Of a stretch of 64,000 bases of DNA, positions 49,801-59,942 are shown piece after piece. This stretch comes from Somniosus microcephalus. Its lineage: Eukaryota. Below the pieces are notes generated by a model. It did no database searches. It had not been told where the DNA came from and worked only from the letters and a program-made list of their open reading frames with translations. Within the stretch, counting starts at the first letter, position 1; each line of letters starts with the position of its first letter. The position numbers were made by a program, and so were the translations under genes. The stretch lies in NCBI GenBank assembly GCA_052327205.1, contig CM126212.1, positions 17,298,001 to 17,362,000 on the forward strand, written 5' to 3'.

Positions 49801-51764
49801 GGAATTGCTGTATCTTCCACTTTTATTGAGGCGGTGATGCCTTTCAAGGTTCCTAGTTTCTCTTGAAACACTTCTTTGGCGTTGGCCAAGATGTCTTTTA
49901 ATCGTTCAGGTATGATGTCATCATTGTTTTTTTCCTTACTGGTCACCGTCAGTGCCTGAATGGAGTGCCAGTCTAAACGTATCTTCCTTATCCATTCACG
50001 TCCCAACAACGGTGGACCACCATCTTGTAGAATGTATAAATACAACTTTTGTATTTCTTTGCCGTTGTATACCACAGGCACCCTTATTTTTCCTTTGGGG
50101 TAGACTTTCTGCCCCGTATATGTTTTTAAGATAATGGATGTGTCTTTTAGAGCTATATGCGAAAATAGCCTCTCGTAATCTCGTCGATTTATTACGGTTA
50201 GAGCTGATCCTGTATCTAGCTCCATTTTAACTGGGGACCCTGCTATTGTGAGGGTAACCCAAATGGTTTGGTAATCCTCTTTGGCAAGTACATTATGTAA
50301 TTTGAGACAGCTTAGTCTCTTGTTTCCGGAGTCGCTATCGCTATTCTGGTCTTCGGAGCTATTGTCCGTCATCATTTGTACCTTCCTGTACTTTTTTTTA
50401 TTGATTTTTTGTTTTCTGTCAGTGGATTTATTTTGTCCAGATTGGCATACCCGTGCAATGTGTCCAATCTTACCACATTGCCTGCATGCTTTGCCCTTGA
50501 ACCAGCAGTCCCTCTGGTTATGGGTGGATCTGCCACAGCGATAACATCTTCCGAACTCCTGTGTCATTTTATGGGTGCCGAAGTCCTGTGTCTCTTGTTG
50601 TATCTCTGCAGCTCCTTTTGCTGCTGCTTCGTATGATACAGCCATACTGAAAGCTTTGTCCAACGTTAAATCTTTTTCAGAAAGCAGTCTTTTTTGTGTT
50701 CCTTCACTTAAGAGACCGCAAACAAATTTGTCTCGAAGATAATCCAATAGTCCTGCTCCGAATTGGCAGTACTTTGATAGCTTTCTTAATTCGGTTAGGT
50801 AATCAGCGTTACTTTCATTCTTGTGTTGATTTCTCTTGAAGAACTTGAATCGTTCCGCTATCAGCAGCGGTGTTGGGTTTAAATGCTCCTGCAGGGTATC
50901 AACAATTTCTTTAAAAGTCTTGTCCTTTGGTTTGGCTGGAGTGATTAAATTTCGTAACAGCCCGTATGTCTTCGCGCCCATTAAGTTCAGAAGTACTGAA
51001 GCTTTTTTTTCATCTGTTATTCCATTTGCAGTGCAATAAACCTCTACTCTTTCCACGTATGCGGTCCAATCTTCTATTTCGCCATCAAAAGCCTCAATAT
51101 TACCAGATTTAGGCATTTCAGAAAAGATATGGCGCTTCCCGCACTTTTTTTTCTCTCTCTGTAGCAACGATATGGCGTTTCCCGCGCTTTCCCACCGCTG
51201 CTACCGATAACAACGCTGTTTACTGTGGTTTCAGTTTATTCACTGTTGGAGACTCGTTCCCGACGGAGGTCTAAACGCTGACCTGCTTGCCGCGCCGGCC
51301 GTCTCTCGAGTGCACCCTCCCAGTCCGTTATTGCTTGCCTCCGATTTCGCTGCCTGTCTCAGCTGTAGAGCCCGCCGCTGGAGCTCCAGCCTGACGCCCA
51401 GGAAGGATTAGCGCAGTACCTGTCACCAGCTTGGCCAGTTTCTCTTACTTCCTTGAGTCTTCTGGACGCTGGAGGAATCGATGTCCTTGAGGTGCTGCCG
51501 AATTGCAGGTAAGTCCGTTTCCACTTCGTCGCCACTGTAGTGTCCGTGTGTAGATAAAGACACTGAAGACAGGAGTTGGTTCATAGGTATTTACTAAGCA
51601 AGTCTGGGGGGGGTTTCTAAAGGATATACACAATACACAGGCTTATATAGCCCAAGTGGCAATTACTGGCATTACGCACACCTGGGGCTCTTAAAGGCAC
51701 ATACACCATAATTGCTCTTAAAGGCACATACACCATAATTGCTCTTAAAGGCACATACACCACA
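46863..51764 (-). mobile_element. Full-length Ty3/Gypsy (Mag-type) LTR retrotransposon 2, coding-intact
   Basis: LTRs 51536-51764 (5') and 46863-47039 (3'); TSD atttc; PBS tggcgacgaagtgg (tRNA-Ser-like); PPT agaaggggag. Confidence 0.96.
47130..51116 (-). CDS. Intact single-ORF gag-pol polyprotein
   Basis: ATG at 51116 (MPKSG..., equivalent to the start of element 1); two CCHC knuckles, LDTGS, YLDD, RNaseH CDAS/REAL/TDH, integrase HHCC and IDF/SDN/AER triad; no stops. Confidence 0.95.
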   Translation of the reverse strand: MPKSGNIEAFDGEIEDWTAYVERVEVYCTANGITDEKKASVLLNLMGAKTYGLLRNLITPAKPKDKTFKEIVDTLQEHLNPTPLLIAERFKFFKRNQHKNESNADYLTELRKLSKYCQFGAGLLDYLRDKFVCGLLSEGTQKRLLSEKDLTLDKAFSMAVSYEAAAKGAAEIQQETQDFGTHKMTQEFGRCYRCGRSTHNQRDCWFKGKACRQCGKIGHIARVCQSGQNKSTDRKQKINKKKYRKVQMMTDNSSEDQNSDSDSGNKRLSCLKLHNVLAKEDYQTIWVTLTIAGSPVKMELDTGSALTVINRRDYERLFSHIALKDTSIILKTYTGQKVYPKGKIRVPVVYNGKEIQKLYLYILQDGGPPLLGREWIRKIRLDWHSIQALTVTSKEKNNDDIIPERLKDILANAKEVFQEKLGTLKGITASIKVEDTAIPKFFKARPVPYAIRPAVEAELKNLEKAGILSKIDWSEWATPIVPVMKKTLKNNSEEQKKIRICGDFKVTVNPVLHTVQYPLPRIEDIFASLSGGKRFTKIDLAQAYLQMEVEETSKKYLTINTHKGLYQYNRLVFGIASAPAIWQRAMEQVLQGIPGTQCYLDDILITGENDNEHLANLEQVLTRLKGRGLRANRHKCEFFQNQISYCGHIINKEGLHKSPEKIEAVIKAPAPENVSQLRSFLGLINYYHKFLPNLSTILHPLNDLLQTGVIWKWNEDCKRAFHKCKDLITSEKILAHYNPSLPIRLACDASPYGIGAVLSHRFPDGSERPIAFASRSLNSAERNYAQIDREALSLVWGVKKFNHYLHGQKFTLLTDHQPLISIFNPKKGVPIMTAQRLQRWSLFLGAHQYNIEYKGSKQHGNADCLSRLPLPTIEEAPTVDPVEIFHSTIVECLPVTNSAIERETRNDPTLSRVYDLTVKGWPAHGEPLLPAFSQRREQLSVCRGTLMCGSRVVIPPKLQDKVLKELHEGHLGGVKMKNLARAFVWWPGINGDIEDMTKSCLGCQKVQNAPPQAPLHPWEWPSSPWQRVHIDFAGPFLDSMFLIAVDAHSKWPEVIKMSSTTTEKTITVLRTIFARNGLPEQICSDNGPQFVSEEFRKFLKNNGVKHYTSAPYHPATNGLAERFVQTFKKAIKAMGNEDIKLQHKVDNFLFAYRNATHMVTNQTPAMMFYNRNLRCRLDLVKPNIRRDVENRQFQGMNERPTRAFQIGQPVLARDYRTEKWQPGTICTRLGPLMYTVDIGDSIIRRHADQIIKSSEKGQPTPPLYTSNDEVEIPISTSDPVILEPDEPDTGLQAESALPEEPTTPPETTTPPRRYPDRVRKPPERLTYN

Positions 51765-52707
51765 ATTTCATAAGGCATTTCCACATGAATGACAAGCTCC
51801 ATGTTACCACCCCTCCTGAATCAACGAGGAAACTCCTGGAAACAACAGAGACCCAACGTAACCGGGTCTCCGCCGGTTCTCTGAGTTACGGAGGGGAGAC
51901 CAGGGGAACCCCCATGGAAATTCCCCCATGGAAATTCCCCCATGTATCTGTAATTAACGGGGCCAACAAATTTCTCACAGGGCCTGGCACCACCGCCAAA
52001 GTGATGCTGTAGGATTAGGGAATCAATTGCTCAGAGCTTCATTGATCCTATCTGCCAGTGCACTTGGTAAAAGATTGCTCATTGGTGCCGAATCCATTGC
52101 ACATTCAGAAACTATTCAATTACCTTCTGCTGGTGAACACTCTATGCTGTCTGAGGGGGTTAAAGTCCTTGCAGAGACTACTCACCCAGTTCCTTGCTAG
52201 TCTGGCGCCAGGCGCCATTTTAACAGGCACATTCTGGCCAGCCAATCAGATTCTCGCATCAGGCAGGTGCGAGCCTCATTGAAATTCAAAAGTTGGGGTC
52301 TGATGACGTCTTTCATAGCTGGACTACTATTATTAAATATAATATGCTCAAATTCCTTATGAGTTCAGCACGCAGTGGTAAAAATATACATAATGATTCT
52401 TCACTTTTTATCAGAGAACAATTTTAAATGTCAATGGTTATGATGACAATTATATTCCAGCCTACATGCTCTTACTTATTTCCCTGAGGTGCTATAAACC
52501 CGTGACGATACAATAGTTAAGAAACTTTGCTTTATTAACAGTTTCATAATATAACTTTGACATCTACATGGTCAATTCAGCATTTGGAACGCGATGATAC
52601 CAGTACACAATTCCTAAAGGCCCTCCAAGGTGTCAGCCTTGGCTCAGTCGAAAGGTTATGGGTAAAAAGCAACGCCCCCCCGCATCACTCCAGAAACTTA
52701 AACACTT

Positions 52708-53447
52708 ATATTTGGCTCCTTTGCACCTGCCATTAGCGCCTCTGAGGGGGCGCTAGCAGGGCGCAAAGGGGTTATCGGGTTCGAAAAAGGCCCCTCCCGC
52801 GAAATTCGGCGGGGCGTTGTTGAAGTGCTACCCGATAGCTTCGCACCCCCTGCCAGTAGTACCCCGGGCCGCCGCGCCTCCGGCGATGCCGTCATCACCG
52901 TGCGCGGCGACCCCTTACCGCCCCGTGGCAGAAATTTGGCTGCTCCCCGTGAGGCTTCCGCGGGCAGTGTCAGTGCCAGCCTCGCGGGGTCGCAAGCCGG
53001 GCCGACCTCCACTCGCGGGGCGGTATTTAAAGGGGAGGTGCGGCCGCGACCCGCGCAGCCATTTTCTTTCTTTGGCCGACCTCCAGGTCTGCCCTCCGTG
53101 GTGTGCTGTGGCGTGGTCCTGGCCGCCATCGGGCAGCCGGGCACCGCGTCTCGGCGCCGGGTTGCTGCCATGGCACCACGCCACCCTGGTGGCCTAGCTG
53201 GGGCCATCGGAGGCCCTGTAGAGTGCGCAGCGGCCCTCCCCTTTAACTGAAGGGGAGGGGCGTTGAATCGCGGCTGCCTCAGTTACCGCCCCACCAGGAA
53301 GTGGAGCGCCCGGCATTGCGCTCCACTTCCTGGGCAGGGCGGTAAGGCAAATTTTGCGGCCGGGGCAGGACTTCCTCGCCGGGCGCAGGATGTCCCGCCT
53401 CACCTGCGTTACCTCCCTGAAACGGGGCGCTACCGAATTTCGTGCCC
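52708..53447. mobile_element. GC-rich Harbinger-type MITE inside a SINE
   Basis: Homologous to 33092-33759; right end gaatttcgtgccc; left TIR degraded; SINE sequence on both sides. Confidence 0.7.
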
Positions 53448-53789
53448 TTAATCTAGGCTGCCTCTCCAGTGCAGTACTGAGGGAGTGCTGCACTGCTGGA
53501 GGTGAGGTATTAAACACAGCCTCGCTGCTGCAATTCTCAGTGAAGATAAAACTGGTTTGAGAGTTCTACTCAAAAAAAGGACTCCACTAATCGCCATGAG
53601 AATTACAGGACACTCCAGTGTGAAAATTAAAGTAATCTATAATCGACATTATAAGGGCTGTTACAGGACAAAATGAGGATAATGAACAGAATAGGAGATT
53701 TCCTAATGATGTGATCTACTTAATTAATGTACAACACCTTCCGAAGCAGAATTAATGTGCATCAAACAGAACACTTGATCTATGAAGTA

Positions 53790-54352
53790 GACCTGGAGTG
53801 CTGCGTGCGGTTTTGGTCTCCATATTTAAGGAGAGATATATTTGCTTTGGAGGCAGTTCAGAGAAGGTTCACGAGGTTGATTCCTGAGATGAAGGGGTTG
53901 TCTTATGAAGAAAGGTTGAGCAGGTTGGGCCTATACTCATTGGAGTTTGGAAGAATGAGAGGGGATCTTATTGAAACAGATAAGTTTCTGAGGGGGCTCG
54001 ACAGGGTAGATGCTGAGAGGATGTTTCCCCTCGTGGGGGAATCTAGAACTAGGGGGGCATAGTTTCAGGATAAGGGTTTGTCCATTTAAAATGGAGACGA
54101 GGAATTTCTTCTCTCAGAGGGTCGTGAATCTTTGGAATTCTCTACCCCAGAGAGCTGTGGAGGCTGAACATTGAATATATTCAAGGCGGAGATAGAGAGA
54201 TACTTGAGCTACAGGGGAGTCAAGGGTTATGGGGAGCGGGCGGGAAAGTGGAGTTGAGGCCAAGATCAGATCAGCCACGATCTTATTGAATGGCGGAGCA
54301 GGCTCAAGGGGCCGAATGGCCGACTCCTGCTCTTGTTTCTTATGTTCTTATG
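53790..54352 (+). mobile_element. CR1 LINE 3' fragment
   Basis: LECCVRFWSPYL..VQRRFTRLIP..ESRTRG and (ttcttatg) tail. Confidence 0.85.
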
Positions 54353-54834
54353 TAAAATTAAAAGTGATGTCCTGCATTTATCCAGCTAGATAAACACATG
54401 AGGGAGAAAGGAATAGAAGGATATGCTGATAGGGCGAGATGAAGAGGGGTAAGAGGAGGCTCGTGTGGAGCATAAACACTGGCATAGACCAGCTGGGCCG
54501 AATGGCCTGTTTCTGTGCTGTAAATTCTATGTTATGTTACTGTCTCTTTTAGTTTGCTGGTTAAGAAAATGATAACTATAAAGTGACAATTACAGGACTT
54601 CACTTCCCATGTAATGTAGTCTCCCTTGAATGTAAAAAGAATAAGTCAGGCCTTGTTTGCAGTAACAGCTGTTGTAATTTTATCAAGGGCTTGCGTTACA
54701 TTGGCCATTAAGCAAGAGCTAACGACAGACTTCCATTGTAGGAAAATAATAATAATGTAGATAGCTGCATAAAATGTTGTGCCTTGGCCAATATTTATCC
54801 CTCACTCAACATCAATAAAACAGATTATCCGGTC

Positions 54835-55062
54835 TGATGTAAGAAAACTACTAGGCACTTGGTCTAAGCATTAAACAAGGCTTTAATCAACTGTTTTTCA
54901 ACATGGAGATCTAGTTGTGTCCTTCACTAGTTCCTGTTAAGAATGTCCTGCACAAGCTGGGCCTCTGCCTGAGTATTTATACTCTCCCTGGACAGTGCCA
55001 CCAGCAGGCCGACCAGTATTATTACATAAGTCATTTTCACAGGAATGGCAAGGTTCATGTCG
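54835..55062 (-). mobile_element. 228-bp solo LTR copy C, uninterrupted, inside a Deu SINE
   Basis: Perfect TSD cggtc (54830-54834, 55063-55067); SINE text cagattatccggtc|attatcacattgct is split at the TSD. Confidence 0.9.
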
Positions 55063-55420
55063 CGGTCATTATCACATTGCTCTTTGTGGGATCTTGCTGA
55101 GCACAAATTGGCTGCTGCGTTTCCCCATGATACAACAGGGCCTACACTTAGAAAAAAGTGCTTCATTGGCTGTAAAGCGCTTCGGGACATCCTGAGGTGT
55201 GGAAAGGCGCTATAGAAATGCAAGGCTTTCTGTTTTTTTGTATGAAACACCAACAATAAGGGTAAGATCGTCACACTTAAATAAAAAAAGAATGGGAGCT
55301 TTTAAAAGGAATTGGGACTTTAGGAATTGGAGGATAAAGAAGTGGGAATTACCCCCATAGTGACGTGCGCCATGGGAGACCTGCTAATTAGGAAGAAATG
55401 ATGGGCCAGACGGTTCTGAG

Positions 55421-55576
55421 CAACGTTCCCGCGCAGCCGCGCAGTGGTGTGGAGGTCCCGCGCAGGCCGCTCACCGGCTTTTCAATGGAAGAAACCGCGC
55501 ACGCGCGAAAACTTTAATGGGCCGCGCAGCCAGTTAAAGGGACCACGCACGAGAAAGAAGATTAGAGGGAGCATTG
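55421..55576. mobile_element. hAT-type MITE, second copy
   Basis: caacgttccc...gggagcattg ends; internal similarity to 10630-10751. Confidence 0.6.
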
Positions 55577-55786
55577 GTCCTGGTTCTGAGTGCAGAATTT
55601 CTACAAGGAATGAAGCAGAGAAGCCACGCGGAAAGACACAACCAGCACGCTTCTGAATACTTTGTTGCTAGGTGAAGGAAATAGAAAAGGATTCAATAAT
55701 GTATCAAATTGGATTTAAGAAGATTTTTCGGAGTAATTGAAAAATAATGGACTGGACGATGACACGCAGAATTTATGTTCTTGGGA

Positions 55787-57155
55787 AACATAGAAACATA
55801 GAAACATAGAAGATAGGAGCAGGAGTAGGCCATCCGGCCCTTCGAGCCTGCTCCGCCATTCAATGAGATCATGGCTGATCATCCAAATTCAGTACCCTGT
55901 CTCTGCCTTCTCCCCATATCCCTTGATCCCTTTAGCCTTAAGAAATATATCCAACTCTTTTTTGAATATATTTAATGAACTGGCCTCCACCGCCCTCTGT
56001 GGCAGAGAATTCCACAGGTTCACCACTCTCTGGGTGAAGAAATTCCTCCTCATTTCAGTCCTAAATGGCTTACCCCTTATCCTTAGACTATGACCCCTGG
56101 TTCTGGACTCCCCGGCCATCAGAAACATCCTTCCTGCATCTAGTCTGTCCAGGCCTGACAGAATTTTATAGGTTTCGATGAGATCCCCTCTCAATCTTCT
56201 AAACTCCAGTGAGTATAAGCCCAATCGACACAATCTCTCCTCATACGTCATTCCTGCCATCCCAGGTATCAGCCTGGTGAATCTTCGCTGCACTCCTTCC
56301 ATGGCAAGAACGTCCCTCCTCAGGTAAGGCGACCAAAACTGCACACAATACTCAAGGTGCGGTCTCACCAAGGCCCTGTACAACTGTAGCAAGACATCCT
56401 TGTTCCTGTACTCGAACCCTCTTGCTACGAAGGCCAACATACCATTTGCCTTCTTAACCGCCTGCTGCACCTGCATGCTTACCTTCAGCGGCTGGTGCAC
56501 AAGAACACCCAGGTCTCTTTGCACTTCCCCTTCGCCCAATCTATTGCCATTCAAATAATAATCTGCCTTCCTGTTTTTGCCACCAAAGTGGATAACCTCA
56601 CATTTATCCACATTATAGTGCATTTGCCATGTTTCTGCCCAATCACCCAATCTGTCCAAATCGTACTGGAGTTTCACGACATCCTCCTCACAGCTTACCC
56701 TCCCACCCAGCTTTGTGCCGTCTGCAAATTTGGAGATATTACATCCAATTCCCTCGTCCAGATCATTAATACATATTGTGAATAGCTGGGGACCTAGGAC
56801 CGATCCTTGCGGTACCCCACTAGTCACTGCCTGCCACTCGGAAAACGACCCGTTTATTCCAATTCTTTGCTTTCTGTCCGCCAACCAGTTCTCTATCCAA
56901 GTCAATACCTTGCCCCCAATCCCATGTGCCTTAATTTTGCACGCTAATCTCTTATGTGGGACCTTATCGAAAGCCTTCTGAAAGTCCAAATACACCACAT
57001 CCACTGGTTCTCCCTTATCTATTTTACCAGTTACATCCTCAAAAAATTCCAGTAGATTAGTCAAGCATGATTTACCTTTTGTAAATCCATGTTGACTTTG
57101 TCCGATCCTGTCACTGCTTACCAAGTGCTCTGCTATTACATCTTTTATAATAGAT
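55787..57155 (-). mobile_element. 5'-truncated CR1 LINE
   Basis: 411-codon RT remnant (55889-57124) with FADD changed to FADG; (aaacatag)n tail. Confidence 0.92.
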
Positions 57156-57455
57156 AATAGATTCTAGCATCTTCTAGAATGTCCCGCATTATGAGCCTTT
57201 CCGCCAGCATTTATTGAGCATGAACATTTACTGAGGAATACTTTTGTAACAATTTAGCAAGATGTTATAGCTCCGTAATCTGTGGAAGCCTAACCTGATT
57301 GTAGTCATCTGTTTGGACAGTTCCTATTTGAGTAGGTAATCAATTACTCAGCCAAAAACATAATTATCTGGTTGGATATTTTGACCTAGAAATTGGTTGA
57401 CACCGAGCCACTTTTCTTGGCATAAATCGGGCACCTAAGCATCCAATATGGTGAG

Positions 57456-57680
57456 TATCATGAATCTTACCATTCATGTAGAAATGACTCATGAGATAAC
57501 ACTGGGCGGCCAGCTGGTGGCGCTGTCCAAGGAGTATAAATACTCGGGTGTGGGCCCAGCTTGCTCAGGACGTTTTTGTAACCAGGAACTAGTGATGTAA
57601 CTAGAACTCATGGTTGTGAAACAATTGATTAAAGCCTTGTTTTATACTCAAACCAAGTGCTTAGAAGTTTTCTTACGTCA
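57456..57680 (+). mobile_element. Solo LTR copy D, more diverged
   Basis: Homologous to copies A-C; ends cttacgtca; TSD gtgag/gtggg. Confidence 0.8.
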
Positions 57681-58029
57681 GTGGGCAGCGTGTGCAATCA
57701 CATACCGCGCTGGAGGTGCGTCGCCTGCAATATTGGTAAAGGCAGAAGATGAGGCATCAAAGGCTCTCGCCAGAAACAGGCGTTAATGAAATAATAGGTG
57801 CTAACACCTGTTTGAGGCCCGCCTAGCAAAACTGGTCTGTGTTCAGGTCGGCTGCGTTCAGGAAAGCCTCCAAACCAGCGGTCTTTAAAAGGACCACCGC
57901 CGGTCCCCACCAAAAAGGTATGTTTGTTAAAAAAAATGCGTACCAGAATGCTGAGCCGAGAGGAGAAAGGGGTGTTCACCACGGCTGCACCGCAGTGCTG
58001 AAGACCATTGCTGGCTCCCGCTAGATCCT

Positions 58030-58540
58030 GTCTCCCGATCATATCCCCCCTCGGTCACCTCCCCCCCTCTCCTGATCACCTACCCCCTCTCCCAATCACC
58101 TCCCCCCTCTCCCGATCACCTCCCCCCTCTCCCGATCACCTCCCCCCATCTCCCGATCACCTCCCCCCTCGACCACCTCCCCCTCAATCACCTCCCCCCT
58201 CTCCCGATCACCTCCCCCTCTCCCGATCACCTTCCCTCCCTCTCCCAATCACCTCCCCCTTTCCCGATCACCTTCCCTCCCTCTCCCGATCACCTTCCCT
58301 CCCTCTCCCAATCACCTCCCCCTTTCCCGATCACCTTCCCTCCCTCTCCCGATCACCTTCCCTCCCTCTCCCAATCACCTCCCCCTTTCCCGATCACCTT
58401 CCCTCCCTCTCCCGATCACCTTCCCTCCCTCTCCCAATCACCTCCCCCTTTCCCGATCACCTTCCCTCCCTCTCCCGATCACCTCCCCCTCTCCCGATCA
58501 CTTTCCCCCCCTCTCCCGATCACTTTCCCTCCCTCTCCCA
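58030..58540. repeat. Pyrimidine-rich minisatellite (ccctctcccgatcacct variants), continuing at 63897-64000
   Basis: Tandem 18-23-bp units on both sides of the CR1 insertion. Confidence 0.9.
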
Positions 58541-59692
58541 AGCGGCGGCAGGCAGCGAGAGGCGGGACCTGTGGGAGACTCGGCGGCGAGGTATAAAAGC
58601 GGCAGCGAGGCCAGGAGAGGCCTCAGAGCAGCGGCGGCAGGCAGCGAGAGGCGGGACCTGTGGGAGACTCGGCGGCGAGGTATAAAAGCGGCAGCGAGGC
58701 CAGGAGAGGCCTCAGAGCAGCGGCGGCAGGCAGCGAGAGGCGGGACCTGTGGGAGACTCGGCGGCGAGGTATAAAAGCGGCAGCGAGGCCAGGAGAGGCC
58801 TCAGAGCAGCGGCGGCAGGCAGCGAGAGGCGGGACCTGTGGGAGACTTGGCGGCGAGGTATAAAAGCGGCAGCGAGGCCAGGAGAGGCCTCAGAGCAGCG
58901 GCGGCAGGCAGCGAGAGGCGGGACCTGTGGGAGACTCGGCGGCGAGGTATAAAAGCGGCAGCGAGGCCAGGAGAGGCCTCAGAGCAGCGGCGGCAGGCAG
59001 CGAGAGGCGGGACCTGTGGGAGACTCGGCGGCGAGGTATAAAAGCGGCAGCGAGGCCAGGAGAGGCCTCAGAGCAGCGGCGGCAGGCAGCGAGAGGCGGG
59101 ACCTGTGGGAGACTCGGCGGCGAGGTATAAAAGCGGCAGCGAGGCCAGGAGAGACCTCAGAGCAGCGGCGGCAGGCAGCGAGAGGCGGGACCTGTGGGAG
59201 ACTCGGCGGCGAGGTATAAAAGCGGCAGCGAGGCCAGGAGAGACCTCAGAGCAGCGGCGGCAGGCAGCGAGAGGCGGGACCTGTGGGAGACTTGGCGGCG
59301 AGGTATAAAAGCGGCAGCGAGGCCAGGAGAGACCTCAGAGCAGCGGCGGCAGGCAGCGAGAGGCGGGACCTGTGGGAGACTCGGCGGCGAGGTATAAAAG
59401 CGGCAGCGAGGCCAGGAGAGACCTCAGAGCAGCGGCGGCAGGCAGCGAGAGGCGGGACCTGTGGGAGACTCGGCGGCGAGGTATAAAAGCGGCAGCGAGG
59501 CCAGGAGAGACCTCAGAGCAGCGGCGGCAGGCAGCGAGAGGCGGGACCTGTGGGAGACTCGGCGGCGAGGTATAAAAGCGGCAGCGAGGCCAGGAGAGAC
59601 CTCAGAGCAGCGGCGGCAGGCAGCGAGAGGCGGGACCTGTGGGAGACTCGGCGGTGGCGAGGTATAAAAGCGGCAGCGAGGCCAGGAGAGAC
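58541..59692 (+). repeat. 13 tandem 89-bp CpG-rich monomers, each with a TATA box (CR1 5' UTR)
   Basis: 89-bp periodicity; each unit has gaggcggga and gtataaaag. Confidence 0.93.
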
Positions 59693-59942
59693 ATACCAAA
59701 CTCCAGTCTGCGAGCTCGGTAGTTGCAGGGAGGTAAAAAGTAATCGGGGTGTGACGTCACCAGGGAGCAGGTAAGTGATTGGTTGGTGAGTATTTCTCTC
59801 TTTTCATTACAAGCTTGAATTCTGTGGTGTTAAATTTCTAGGGGCTCTGTTGTGGTGAGGACAGTTGGTAAATAAAGCGCCCTAGAGTATACCTGTAACT
59901 GGGGTATTGAATAAATTTTTAGATTAATTAAAGGAGTAAGTC

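Larger units (their letters stand above)
46671..51806 (-). mobile_element. 228-bp solo LTR copy B, interrupted by Gypsy element 2
   Basis: TSD ccacc (46666-46670, 51807-51811); halves at 46671-46862 and 51770-51806; homologous to copies A, C and D. Confidence 0.88.

Noticed and set aside
39306-51806. Single inverted segmental duplication or composite transposon explaining both nests
   Set aside because: Different insertion points in the host LTR, four different TSDs and diverged Gypsy LTRs show independent events.
58541-59774. Tandem family of 67-aa genes, or a CRISPR array
   Set aside because: The ORFs are artefacts of an 89-bp repeat with non-ATG starts; there are no spacers; the array is continuous with the CR1 5' UTR.
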